Source: an uncultured Prochlorococcus sp. (lineage in GTDB: Bacteria; Cyanobacteriota; Cyanobacteriia; PCC-6307; Cyanobiaceae). From it: DNA of 64,000 nt. Made by a program: the position numbers and the translations under genes. The first letter of the stretch is position 1; each line of letters starts with the position of its first letter. The notes below the pieces were generated by a model. It ran no database searches and was not told the DNA's origin. It saw only the letters and a list, made by a program, of their open reading frames with translations. Below, piece by piece: positions 1 through 9,587 of the stretch. Location of the stretch: the NCBI GenBank assembly GCA_902542595.1, contig CACBVE010000001.1, positions 1,533 to 65,532 on the forward strand. Reading direction: 5' to 3'.

Positions 1-416
1 TGAAAAGTAGAACCCAAGGTTATGCATCAATGGAATATCATTTGATTGGCTATAGAAAGAATGACCTTGTTAGATTAGATGTTCTAATAAATTCAGAAAG
101 AGCAGATCCATTAACTTCTATTGTTCATAAAGATAAGGCTTATGGGATTGGCAGAAGTTTAGTTGAGAAATTAAAAGAACTAATTCCAAAACAACAATTC
201 AAAATACCTATTCAAGCATCAATCGGAAGCAGGATTATTGCAAGTGAAAGTATCAGTGCATTGCGAAAAGATGTTTTATCTAAATGTTATGGAGGAGATA
301 TTTCTAGGAAAAAGAAACTTTTAAAGAAACAAGCCAAAGGTAAAAAAAGGATGAAGGCAATGGGTAAAGTTGAAGTCCCTCAAGAAGCTTTTATGGCTGT
401 CCTGAAATTAAACTAG
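1..416 (+). CDS. lepA: Elongation factor 4 (LepA), C-terminal part; 5' truncated by the window edge
   Basis: LepA C-terminal motifs [21 protein letters not shown] and [18 protein letters not shown]. Confidence 0.97.
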
Positions 417-498
417 TAATTTTTTCAAATTTACAATTTAAAGCTATTTATTTTTAAAAGAATTGGGTATATTTCAGTCATATCTATAAAAAAAGATT

Positions 499-1344
499 TT
501 GGATATTAACTCATTTAATCGTGTCGGCGCAAATATCAGAAAAGCTGGATTCATAATTGTAGTTTTTTATCTTCTTGTTGTTTTAATAATGAAATTTTTA
601 GAGGCCAATAATTTTTTTGGCTATTCATTCTCAATGTTAAGCAATGATATCTTTGCCCCCCCTTCTCTTAATCATTTTTGTGGCACAGATAGATTAGGAA
701 GAGATGTTTGCTTAAGAACTTTACAAGGATCATCATTAGCGATAGAAGTTGTATTCTTAGCTATTCTTTTTTCATTAGGTTTGGGTTTGCCATTGGGATT
801 ATTAAGTGGATATTTTGGTGGTTTTTTTGATAAATGCTTATCACTAATAATGGATACTATTTTTTCAATACCTGTAATTTTGCTTTCAGTTGTTGTGGCT
901 TTTGTATTGGGTAAGGGTATCCTTAACGCAGCTTTGGCATTGTGTATTGTTTACTCTCCTCAATATTTTAGATTAATCAGAAATCAGACAATATTGGTTA
1001 AATCAGAAACTTATGTGGAGGCAGCTCAAGTTGCAGGGGCTGATGTTAAAACAATTATTTTTAAATATATTCTCCCAAATGTAATAACACCTTTGCCTAT
1101 TCTGCTTACCCTAAATGCTGCGGATGCTGTTTTGGTATTAGGAAGTTTAGGATTTTTAGGTCTTGGTGTTCCTGCAGATGTCCCAGAGTGGGGCGGTGAT
1201 TTAAATCTTGCTCTTGCCGCTTTGCCTACAGGTATATGGTGGACAGCTTTGTTTCCAGGTTTGGCAATGTTTTTTTTAGTTTTAGGTCTTTCTTTTATAG
1301 GAGAGGATCTAGAAGAAATTTTTGATAGTCAAAAGTCTGCATAA
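499..1344 (+). CDS. Peptide/nickel ABC transporter permease (DppC/OppC family); start uncertain
   Basis: PPS..H.CGTDRLGRD motif, EAA loop YVEAAQVAGA, LGFLGLG..PEWG. Confidence 0.9.
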   Translation: MDINSFNRVGANIRKAGFIIVVFYLLVVLIMKFLEANNFFGYSFSMLSNDIFAPPSLNHFCGTDRLGRDVCLRTLQGSSLAIEVVFLAILFSLGLGLPLGLLSGYFGGFFDKCLSLIMDTIFSIPVILLSVVVAFVLGKGILNAALALCIVYSPQYFRLIRNQTILVKSETYVEAAQVAGADVKTIIFKYILPNVITPLPILLTLNAADAVLVLGSLGFLGLGVPADVPEWGGDLNLALAALPTGIWWTALFPGLAMFFLVLGLSFIGEDLEEIFDSQKSA

Positions 1345-1346
1345 AT

Positions 1347-2018
1347 TTAGTATTCTTTAATAGGATCAAATTCCCCTTCATCATTCAACTTTGGATATTC
1401 TTTAGCTGATTTTTTATACACCGCAGCTAATTCTGGGTAACACCATTCAAAAAGTGTTTTTTGATATTCATCTATATTTAACCCTTCTCCATTAGCGGGC
1501 AATATACCTTTATTTTTTCTTTGACGAATAGCTTCAAATAATAATATAGAAGCAGCAACTGAAACATTCAGAGATTGAACCATACCTCTCATGGGTATAA
1601 AAATTGATTGATCAACCATTGATATAAGTTCATTACTTAGTCCCCATTTTTCTGCTCCTAAAACAAAACATGTATTTTGAGAATAATCAAAATTTCTATA
1701 ATCTACTGATTCACTATTAAGTGTCGTTCCATATAATTTAAAACCCTTATTCTTTAAATCAGATATTGCCGTGATAGTGTTTTCATGATTATTCAGTTTT
1801 ACCCATTTTTGACTTCCTTGAGCAGTACTATTAAAAGTCTTAACGGCATTCGTTTTGCTAATAAAATTTGCTTCGAAAACTCCTGCTGCATCACATGTCC
1901 TTAATATCGCAGATAAATTATGTGGTTTATTGACATCCTCAACTAAAACAGTCAAGTTTTTCATTCTGCAATCTAAAACACTTTTGATGCGTTCAAATCT
2001 TCTAGGCAAAATTGACAT
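1347..2018 (-). CDS. trmH: tRNA (guanosine-2'-O)-methyltransferase, TrmH/SpoU family
   Basis: SPOUT motifs KPHNLSAILRTCDA, VLGAEKWG, IPMRGMVQSLNVSVAA. Confidence 0.92.
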   Translation of the reverse strand: MSILPRRFERIKSVLDCRMKNLTVLVEDVNKPHNLSAILRTCDAAGVFEANFISKTNAVKTFNSTAQGSQKWVKLNNHENTITAISDLKNKGFKLYGTTLNSESVDYRNFDYSQNTCFVLGAEKWGLSNELISMVDQSIFIPMRGMVQSLNVSVAASILLFEAIRQRKNKGILPANGEGLNIDEYQKTLFEWCYPELAAVYKKSAKEYPKLNDEGEFDPIKEY

Positions 2019-2084
2019 TTATAATTTTTTCACACTTTTAAATTATATTCAAAAAATATTGATTACCTATTAAATCTCTTGGTT

Positions 2085-2090
2085 TATAAT
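2085..2090 (+). promoter_or_regulatory. Candidate -10 box for the 2115 ORF
   Basis: Perfect TATAAT 24 nt upstream of the ATG at 2115; no well-spaced -35. Confidence 0.4.
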
Positions 2091-2114
2091 ATTTTGGTAG
2101 TTTAAATTAACTCA

Positions 2115-2318
2115 ATGGCATACATAGAATGGGACTATACAGTAATAACAAGTATGGTAGAAAAACAAGGGTGGGATTTACCTGAGCGTGAATCGGAAGA
2201 ATGGAATAAATTTAACGATGAATTAGGAGAAAAAATGAGAGGTGTTGGACTTATTTTTGAAAAATATTGTAAATTTACTCCTGACATAGGAGAAGGAGTT
2301 CATCTTCTAGATGACTGA
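2115..2318 (+). CDS. Small acidic hypothetical protein (67 aa)
   Basis: ATG-started ORF with protein-like composition, upstream TATAAT and downstream hairpin; no family recognised. Confidence 0.7.
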   Translation: MAYIEWDYTVITSMVEKQGWDLPERESEEWNKFNDELGEKMRGVGLIFEKYCKFTPDIGEGVHLLDD

Positions 2319-2335
2319 TCATAAATAGTTTTAAA

Positions 2336-2361
2336 CCATTGATGTATCCCTTAATCAATGG
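2336..2361. terminator. Inverted repeat: possible terminator or protein-binding palindrome
   Basis: CCATTGAT-N10-ATCAATGG, perfect 8-bp stem starting 18 nt after the stop of the 2115 ORF. Confidence 0.45.
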
Positions 2362-2483
2362 CTTATTAATTAATAAGATAATATAATTTCACTAAATTAG
2401 AACTGGCAATTATTAAGGCTTTATAAAGTTTGTACTCTAAAAAAAATTTTTTATTCCACAAAAAAGTTATTTAATTTCTATAT

Positions 2484-2888
2484 TTGGATAAAAATATGAA
2501 AAATAAATTAACCTTTTTATTCGATGGTGGTTGTCCACTTTGTTTGAGAGAAACAAATTTTCTTAAAAAAAGAGATACCTTAAATCAAATTGCATTTATA
2601 GATATTAATAGTAAGGATTATGATCAAAGTCTTTTTAATGACATTTCATATTCAGAAGCTATGTCAAATCTGCATGGGATTATTGAAAATGGTGAAATTA
2701 TCAGGGGACTAGATGTACTTGCATATTCTTATGAATTAGTTGGTTTAGGTTGGGTTTACTATCCCTTGAAGATTAAGCTCTTATCTCCATTTTTGAGATT
2801 GGTTTACAGATATTGGGCAAAATATAGACTTCAAATTACAGGTAGATCCGATATTGAAAAACTTTGTACCTCACAATGTGAACAATAA
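2484..2888 (+). CDS. DCC family (DUF393) putative thiol-disulfide oxidoreductase; ATG at 2496 is a possible start
   Basis: N-terminal FDGGCPLC (DxxCxxC) motif and C-terminal Y...A.YR motif. Confidence 0.88.
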   Translation: MDKNMKNKLTFLFDGGCPLCLRETNFLKKRDTLNQIAFIDINSKDYDQSLFNDISYSEAMSNLHGIIENGEIIRGLDVLAYSYELVGLGWVYYPLKIKLLSPFLRLVYRYWAKYRLQITGRSDIEKLCTSQCEQ

Positions 2889-2890
2889 AT

Positions 2891-3127
2891 ATGGAAAGTA
2901 TCGATATAGACAGAATAATAGAAATGTGTTGGGAAGATAGAACACCCTTCGAAGCTATCGAGTATCAATTTGGTTTAAAAGAGGAAGATGCGATAAAAAT
3001 TATGCGTCAAAATCTTAAACCCAAATCTTTCAAAGTCTGGAGAAAGAGAGTTTCGGGAAGAAATACAAAACATATGGCCCTTAAAGATTCAACTAGATTT
3101 AAATCTACTCATAAAAGAAAATTATAA
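2891..3127 (+). CDS. TIGR03643 / DUF2805 family protein
   Basis: DRIIEMCWEDRTPFEAI..QFGL and SFKVWRKRVSGR.TKH signature. Confidence 0.88.
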   Translation: MESIDIDRIIEMCWEDRTPFEAIEYQFGLKEEDAIKIMRQNLKPKSFKVWRKRVSGRNTKHMALKDSTRFKSTHKRKL

Positions 3128-3130
3128 ATT

Positions 3131-3262
3131 TTGAAAAATCTTTCTACTAAAACTTGTCCCGTTTGCAATAGGCCGTTTGAGTGGCGTAAAAAATGGAAAA
3201 ACTGTTGGGATGATGTTATCTACTGTTCAAAAAGATGCAGTAACAGGAAGTTGCAAAGATGA
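3131..3262 (+). CDS. DUF2256 family small Cys-rich protein (43 aa; not in the ORF track)
   Basis: Hand translation from TTG: [43 protein letters not shown]; its TGA overlaps the photolyase ATG (ATGA). Confidence 0.88.
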   Translation: MKNLSTKTCPVCNRPFEWRKKWKNCWDDVIYCSKRCSNRKLQR

Positions 3263-4749
3263 AACAAGTATCAATTATTTTCCCGAATCAACTTTTTAGA
3301 GAAAGCCCAATCTTAAAAATAAATTGTGAAGTTTTGATTTTGGAAGACTCATTATTTTTTGGAAATGATAAATTTCATAAATTAATTAACCATAAAAATA
3401 AGTTAGTTTTTCATAGAGCATCTATGCTCGCTTATAAAAATTATTTAGAAATATCTGGCTTTAAAGTTTTATATATCGAAAACAAGAATAATGTTTCTAC
3501 AGTTGATTACTTATCGGAATTTATTAAAAATAAATATCAGAAAATAAATCTCATTGACCCTCATGATTTTTTAATAATGAAGAGGATTAATAATTTTGTT
3601 GAAAGTAATAATTTAGCTTTAAATATTTTGCCTTCTCCTATGTTTATGAGCAGTGAAGATTTAAAAGATTTATTTGCATCAAATACAAAAAAACCTCTTA
3701 TGGGGAGATTTTATGAGAATCAAAGAAAGAGCCAAAAGATATTAGTTAATCCTGATGATACTCCTGAAGGTGGTAAATGGAGTTTCGATGAAATGAACAG
3801 AAAAAAATTACCAAAAAAAATAAATATACCTGATACACCTAAATTACAAAAAAATAAATTTGTAGTTAATGCAGAAAGGTCATTTGCCAATTTTGATATT
3901 GAGTTTATTGGAGAAAGTAATTACTTTTTATATCCAACTAATTTTGAAGAGGCAGATGAATGGTTAAATGATTTTTTTAAACATAGATTTTTCTTATTTG
4001 GAGATTATGAGGATGCTATTTCTAAAGAAAATTCTTTTTTATGGCACAGTTTACTTTCTCCCCTTTTAAATAGCGGCTTATTAACCCCAGATGTAGTAGT
4101 AAATAAAGCATTACTTTTTGCAAAAAATAATAATGTTCCTATTAACTCTTTAGAGGGTTTTGTTCGTCAAATTATTGGATGGAGAGAATTTATTTGCCTC
4201 GTCTATAAAAAGTACGGAATAAAGATGCGAAATAGTAATTTTTGGAATTTTGAAGATAAGCCAATTCCAAAATCTTTTTATCAAGGAAATACAGGAATTG
4301 AACCAGTAGACGTTGTTATAAAAAATATTATTAAATTTGGTTATTGTCATCATATTGAGAGGCTAATGATTGTTGGCAACTTTATGCTTCTATGTAGAAT
4401 TCACCCCAACCAAGTTTATAAATGGTTTATGGAAATGTTTATTGATTCCTATGATTGGGTTATGGTTCCAAATGTTTACGGAATGAGCCAGTTTAGTGAT
4501 GGTGGTATCTTTTCAACAAAGCCATATATATCAAGCTCTAATTATGTAAAAAAAATGTCTAATTTTAAAAGTGGCCCATGGTGTGAAATATGGGATGGTT
4601 TATTTTGGAAATTTATTAAAGATAATGAAAGCTTTTTTAGAAAGCAATATCGTCTGGCAATGTTAACGAGAAATCTCGATAAAATGTCAGAGGAAAAATT
4701 AAATAATCACTTAAAAACGGCCGATAAATTTTTAAGAGATATTCAATAA
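3259..4749 (+). CDS. Prokaryotic (6-4) photolyase / CryPro (PhrB-like) family protein, Fe-S-less type
   Basis: [57 protein letters not shown]...TKPY motifs. Confidence 0.92.
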   Translation: MKQVSIIFPNQLFRESPILKINCEVLILEDSLFFGNDKFHKLINHKNKLVFHRASMLAYKNYLEISGFKVLYIENKNNVSTVDYLSEFIKNKYQKINLIDPHDFLIMKRINNFVESNNLALNILPSPMFMSSEDLKDLFASNTKKPLMGRFYENQRKSQKILVNPDDTPEGGKWSFDEMNRKKLPKKINIPDTPKLQKNKFVVNAERSFANFDIEFIGESNYFLYPTNFEEADEWLNDFFKHRFFLFGDYEDAISKENSFLWHSLLSPLLNSGLLTPDVVVNKALLFAKNNNVPINSLEGFVRQIIGWREFICLVYKKYGIKMRNSNFWNFEDKPIPKSFYQGNTGIEPVDVVIKNIIKFGYCHHIERLMIVGNFMLLCRIHPNQVYKWFMEMFIDSYDWVMVPNVYGMSQFSDGGIFSTKPYISSSNYVKKMSNFKSGPWCEIWDGLFWKFIKDNESFFRKQYRLAMLTRNLDKMSEEKLNNHLKTADKFLRDIQ

Positions 4750-4770
4750 ATTAAGAGTAATAACCTACAG

Positions 4771-4799
4771 TTGTCTTTGAAAAATTAAAAGAATATTAT
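4771..4799 (+). promoter_or_regulatory. Candidate sigma70 promoter for the 4857 ORF
   Basis: TTGTCT-N17-TATTAT. Confidence 0.4.
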
Positions 4800-4856
4800 G
4801 TTATGAAGAAATATTAAGTACGGATGTTAACTTAGAAAAAAAATTAGATTTATCTA

Positions 4857-5036
4857 ATGGAAATTGGAACACTTTTTTTAAAAAGTAATTTGACCGGAAT
4901 TATCACTTTTTCTGAATTAGATTGGATAACTACCCATCAATCTAATTTCACTAGATTGGAGGAATCCATAGCAATTAAATTAGGCAGAATGCTTGATTCA
5001 GGATCTATTAATATTGGTTGCCGTTTGAAATCCTGA
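4857..5036 (+). CDS. Small hypothetical protein (59 aa; not in the ORF track)
   Basis: Hand translation MEIGTLFLKSNLTGIITFSELDWITTHQSNFTRLEESIAIKLGRMLDSGSINIGCRLKS; resembles picocyanobacterial conserved hypotheticals. Confidence 0.75.
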   Translation: MEIGTLFLKSNLTGIITFSELDWITTHQSNFTRLEESIAIKLGRMLDSGSINIGCRLKS

Positions 5037-5055
5037 AGATTTTTCTATTTTAATA

Positions 5056-5199
5056 ATGAATTATCAAAATGAGAAAAAAATATTTTTTCGGGAAAGAATC
5101 CATTCTTTAAATATCTTTCTTTTTTTAGGATTTAATCTTTCACTTATTTCTATCTTGGGTTTTATTTGGTTTAATTCTGCAATTGAAAAAGTAGTTTAA
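5056..5199 (+). CDS. Putative small single-pass membrane protein (47 aa; not in the ORF track)
   Basis: Hand translation MNYQNEKKIFFRERIHSLNIFLFLGFNLSLISILGFIWFNSAIEKVV with one hydrophobic helix. Confidence 0.5.
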   Translation: MNYQNEKKIFFRERIHSLNIFLFLGFNLSLISILGFIWFNSAIEKVV

Positions 5200-5250
5200 A
5201 TTTTTGAATTTTTTGTATATTAAAGTTATATTTAAAAAATTAATTATATT

Positions 5251-6567
5251 TTGAGCATAGGATATTTACAAAGAAAGGCAGCTTGGGAAATTTTATTAAA
5301 AGTTAGTTCTGGTGATTTTTCTGATCATGCTCTTGAAAAGGTTTTAAAAAATTATCAATTTAATCCTCTTGATATAGCTTTTATTACGGAATTATCTTTT
5401 GGATGTATAAGGTATAGAAAATTTCTTGATCTTTGGGTGGATCATACATCAAAAATAACTCATAAAAAGCAGCCTCCAAAATTAAGATGGCTTCTACATA
5501 TAGGTTTGTATCAACTATTGAAAATGGATAAAATCCCATTTCCTGCTGCTATTTCTACCACTGTAGAAGTAGCAAAAAAAACTGATTTAAATGGTTTAGC
5601 GGGAACTGTAAATGCGATATTGAGAAACGCATCAAGAAAATTAGAACAAAAAATCTTTCCGGAATTATCTTCTGATAGAAAAGAAAGAATTTCATATCTT
5701 GAATCATTTCCATTATGGCTTGTGAAGGATCTTTATAAATGGGTCGGCAATAGCGAGGGTGAAAATATCATTAAGGCATTTAATAAAAAACCATCAATTG
5801 ATTTGAGAATTAACAAATTAAAAACTAATTTAGATAAATTTTTGAAAGTACTTCATGAAAATAAAATTGATGCTGAAATTATTAAAGATTTACATTATGG
5901 AATTACTTTAAAATCTAATCCAAGATCTATAAAAAATTTACCAGGATATAGTGATGGACTTTGGACAATTCAAGATAGATCTTCTCAGTGGATAGCACCT
6001 CTCTTAAATCCAAAAGAAGGTGAAAAGATTTTAGATGCTTGTGCAGCTCCAGGAAGTAAGTCTACCCACCTTGCAGAATTAACAAATGATAGTGCTGAAA
6101 TCATTGCCGTAGATAGATCAGCAAAAAGATTGAAAATACTGCAATCAAATTTAGAAAGGTTAAATTTGAAATCTGTTAATACCCTTAAGGCTGATGCTAC
6201 GAGTTTGATTGAATTAAATCCTAAGTTTATATCTTATTTTGATAAGATTTTATTAGATGCTCCATGTTCAGGCATTGGAACTCTTTCCAGGAATCCAGAT
6301 TCTAGATGGTCTTTAAGTAAAGAAAAAATAAAATCTTTAACTTTAATACAGGAAAAACTTTTGGAGAGTATTTTTCCTCTTTTGAAAAAAGATGGTATTT
6401 TAGTTTATTCAACTTGTACTATTTGTCCCGATGAAAATAATCTATTAATTGAACGATTTATTGAAAAAAACAAAACTTTAAAATTGGTTAGCCAAAAGCA
6501 AATTTTACCTAGCTTGGATTATCCTGGGGATGGATTTTATTCTGCAATAATTTCTTATAAATCTTAA
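5251..6567 (+). CDS. rsmB: 16S rRNA (cytosine967-C5)-methyltransferase RsmB/Sun
   Basis: NusB-like N-terminus, IQDRSSQ, LDACAAPGSKS, LLDAPCSG.G, VYSTCT. Confidence 0.95.
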   Translation: MSIGYLQRKAAWEILLKVSSGDFSDHALEKVLKNYQFNPLDIAFITELSFGCIRYRKFLDLWVDHTSKITHKKQPPKLRWLLHIGLYQLLKMDKIPFPAAISTTVEVAKKTDLNGLAGTVNAILRNASRKLEQKIFPELSSDRKERISYLESFPLWLVKDLYKWVGNSEGENIIKAFNKKPSIDLRINKLKTNLDKFLKVLHENKIDAEIIKDLHYGITLKSNPRSIKNLPGYSDGLWTIQDRSSQWIAPLLNPKEGEKILDACAAPGSKSTHLAELTNDSAEIIAVDRSAKRLKILQSNLERLNLKSVNTLKADATSLIELNPKFISYFDKILLDAPCSGIGTLSRNPDSRWSLSKEKIKSLTLIQEKLLESIFPLLKKDGILVYSTCTICPDENNLLIERFIEKNKTLKLVSQKQILPSLDYPGDGFYSAIISYKS

Positions 6568-6579
6568 AAAAATATTTTA

Positions 6580-8355
6580 TTATTTATTTGGTATTTTATG
6601 AATTTCAGTTATAAATTTCTTCCACAAATAAGCTGCATTTCCACTAGATAATTCAGATTCTTTGTTATCGTCATAACCTATCCAAATACCTGTTGTAAGG
6701 TTATCAATTGAACCAATAAACCAAAGATCTTTATTCCCATCAGATGTTCCTGTTTTCCCATAAATTTTCTTTCCTTTTATAAAGGCTGCTTTCGAAGTGC
6801 CTTCTTTTACAGATTTTTCAAGAAGTTTATTTATTTTTTTGTTTACTTTTAAATCTAATATTTTCTTGGAAATAGATTTGTTTTTCCAAATAGTTTTTTT
6901 ATTAAATGATTTTATTTTTTCTAAGATGCTAGGGCTTTGAATATTACCATTATTATTAATTGCAGAATATGCGTTTGTAATGTTTAAAAGATTATCTCCA
7001 TAGGAACCAATAGCTAGTGATGGGAATTCCTTAAACTCTTGCTCGTAACCTAGACCAAATGAATTCGCTAGATTAATAATATTTCTTAAGCCGATTTTTT
7101 TTGTTAATAATATTGGCACTATATTAGATGAACTTTTAAATGATTCAATCAAAGATATTGAACCTTTGTAGTCTTCTGAAAAATTTTTTGGGCAATAACT
7201 TCCCCAGCATCTTGGAAAGTCTTCAAATTTATCGCTTAATTTTATCCCTTCTATTAATGCAGCAGCATAAGGAATTATCTTAAAAGTAGAACCTAAAGGT
7301 CTTACAGATGAAATCACTCTATTGTATTCATTAATTGATGGATTTTTGCTGGTTATCATTGTCCTGATTAGTCCTGTATTTGATTCGATTGATAACAGAG
7401 CAAATTCAAGTTCTTTAGGCCCTGCATATCTTGATATTTTTTGACCTTTTTCTTGCCAATCTTTGTTAATAGAAGATTTAATTCTTAAAAACTTATAATC
7501 ATTTTTATTTTCAATTCTCTTATCTGCTTCCTTAAGAATAAAGTTTATTAGTAATTTATCATCTAAAAAATTATCAGCTGTTTGAAAATTTAAGTTTATT
7601 TTTTCTTTAATAGCCTTATTCTTATTCGCAAGAGAAATATATCCATCAACATACATTGATTCAAGAACTTTATTTCTATTTTTAATAGCTAGTTCTAAAT
7701 TTTGATAAGGTGAATAAATTGATGGAGCTGGAGCTAATCCTGCAATTAATGCGATCTCTGATAATGTCAATTCTTCTATAAATTTTCCAAAATAAATTTG
7801 GGCAGCCTCGTTTACCCCGTATGCTCCTGATCCTAAATAAATATTATTTAAATATAGCTTTAAAATTTGATTTTTGTCATATCTAAATTCAAGTATGAGT
7901 GATATAAATATTTCTTTGATTTTTCTTTGAAAACTTAAATCATTATTTAGAAAAATTAGTCTGGCAACTTGTTGAGTAATCGTACTTCCTCCCTCTTTAA
8001 CATAACCACTTCTAATATTTTGAAAAAGGGCACGTGAAATACTTTTTAAATCTATTCCATTATGTTTATAAAATCTTTTATCCTCCGAAGATATAAAAGA
8101 ATTTTTAAGGAAAAATGGAATTTTATGCTTAGTATTATTTATTTCAAATTTACGGCTTAATTTGCTTAGTAACTTATCGTCAGCAGATGATATTACATAA
8201 GAATATTTGGTTGCTCTAGATCTTTTATTTTTAGATAAGTCTAATTTTAATGTGGTAAATATTAGACTATAAAAATAAAAAGATATTCCAGAAAAAATCA
8301 ATATTGGAATTATTAAAACAAAAGATTTGGATTTAATCTTTTGCACTTTAAGCAA
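6580..8355 (-). CDS. Class A penicillin-binding protein (transglycosylase/transpeptidase); GTG at 8346 is an alternative start
   Basis: EDKRFY.H.G, GGSTITQQ, RKIKE; transpeptidase STFK, SSN and KTGT motifs. Confidence 0.93.
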   Translation of the reverse strand: MLKVQKIKSKSFVLIIPILIFSGISFYFYSLIFTTLKLDLSKNKRSRATKYSYVISSADDKLLSKLSRKFEINNTKHKIPFFLKNSFISSEDKRFYKHNGIDLKSISRALFQNIRSGYVKEGGSTITQQVARLIFLNNDLSFQRKIKEIFISLILEFRYDKNQILKLYLNNIYLGSGAYGVNEAAQIYFGKFIEELTLSEIALIAGLAPAPSIYSPYQNLELAIKNRNKVLESMYVDGYISLANKNKAIKEKINLNFQTADNFLDDKLLINFILKEADKRIENKNDYKFLRIKSSINKDWQEKGQKISRYAGPKELEFALLSIESNTGLIRTMITSKNPSINEYNRVISSVRPLGSTFKIIPYAAALIEGIKLSDKFEDFPRCWGSYCPKNFSEDYKGSISLIESFKSSSNIVPILLTKKIGLRNIINLANSFGLGYEQEFKEFPSLAIGSYGDNLLNITNAYSAINNNGNIQSPSILEKIKSFNKKTIWKNKSISKKILDLKVNKKINKLLEKSVKEGTSKAAFIKGKKIYGKTGTSDGNKDLWFIGSIDNLTTGIWIGYDDNKESELSSGNAAYLWKKFITEIHKIPNK

Positions 8356-9295
8356 CTAAAAAACTATGTCCTATCGCCAAAGCTGTAACTAACATTCCAG
8401 TTATAAGAAATGGTTGGGCACTAGCTTGATATTTGACATCAAACTTTAGAGGATCTCTTAATAACCACATATCTTGAAATGTAATTTGTGGAATTACCAA
8501 TAAAACCAAAATTACTGAGGCTAAATGTTGACCAATAATTACTAATACTACAACCATTGCTAATTGAAATATGTCAATCAGTCCAGCACTTATTCTACTT
8601 GCATTTTTAATTCCGAATACTACTGGTAAGGAATTCAAGCCAAGCTTTGAGTCTCCTTCAACGCTTTTGAAATCATTAATAACAGCAATACCCAGCCCGG
8701 AGAGGCTATAAGCAAGTGTTAATAATGCCGTCACAATAGTTAATTTTCCAAATAAGGCTTGCCCTGCCCACCAAGGTAAAGCTATATATGACGCCCCTAA
8801 TGCATAATTACCAAGCCAACCGTTTTGTTTTAATTTAAGAGGTGGAGCAGAATATATATAACTTATAAAAGATCCTCCTAATGCTAAAAGTAAGACTGAG
8901 GGATAGTTATGTTTAGCATATAAATCTAATAGAAAAGCAACAATTAAACCTGCGATAAGTAACACCCAGATTTGAATTTTTACATCTTTGATTGAAATTT
9001 TTCCAGAAGGAATTGGTCTATTAGGTTCGTTAATTGCATCAATTTCTTTATCAAAAAAATCATTTATGGTTTGTGTATAACCTGCTAGAAGTGGCCCACT
9101 CATCAACATGCATGCTAGTGAAGCTAAAACATTACTAAATGTCCATTCGAAATTTCCACTAGCAGCAGCTCCACAAATAACACCCCATATCAAAGGGATC
9201 CATGTAATTGGCTTCATTAATTGTATACGAAGTTTCCATATACTTGAAGTTTCAGAGGCGCCTTTGATTCCTAATAGTTGTTTTGGATCATTCAC
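8348..9295 (-). CDS. chlG: Chlorophyll synthase
   Basis: MKPITWIPLIWG, NDFFDKEIDAINEPNRPIPSG, NDFKSVEGD, KYQASAQPF. Confidence 0.97.
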   Translation of the reverse strand: MNDPKQLLGIKGASETSSIWKLRIQLMKPITWIPLIWGVICGAAASGNFEWTFSNVLASLACMLMSGPLLAGYTQTINDFFDKEIDAINEPNRPIPSGKISIKDVKIQIWVLLIAGLIVAFLLDLYAKHNYPSVLLLALGGSFISYIYSAPPLKLKQNGWLGNYALGASYIALPWWAGQALFGKLTIVTALLTLAYSLSGLGIAVINDFKSVEGDSKLGLNSLPVVFGIKNASRISAGLIDIFQLAMVVVLVIIGQHLASVILVLLVIPQITFQDMWLLRDPLKFDVKYQASAQPFLITGMLVTALAIGHSFLVA

Positions 9296-9303
9296 TTTAA
9301 GCT

Positions 9304-9528
9304 TTACCCTTTCTCAATTTCTTCTGGGAAAAACCAATTTTGCTCTCCATTCTGAAATTTTGCTGTAATTCCAATACTTCTGCCGTCTGTCATTTTATAG
9401 CCTGTTATAACAGCTTTAGGATTAGAAGATATTTGATCAATTAATTTTCCTGGTAGTCTATCTTTTACTTTATTAATGTTAATTTTTATTTTACTACCAA
9501 TTTTGGGTAATAATTTTGTTTCAGCCAT
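9304..9528 (-). CDS. petP: Cytochrome b6f subunit PetP (DUF2862)
   Basis: IGSKI...KDRLP, YKMTDG..IG, WFF.EE pattern; located between chlG and hisF. Confidence 0.8.
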   Translation of the reverse strand: MAETKLLPKIGSKIKININKVKDRLPGKLIDQISSNPKAVITGYKMTDGRSIGITAKFQNGEQNWFFPEEIEKG

Positions 9529-9587
9529 AAGAGGTAAAATGGAAGCTATTATGCAAGACTAACAGCATTTGGACAATTTTAACTAAA

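Noticed and set aside
4757-4768. GTAATAACCTAC as an NtcA site
   Set aside because: Spacing is GTA-N6-TAC, which does not fit the consensus
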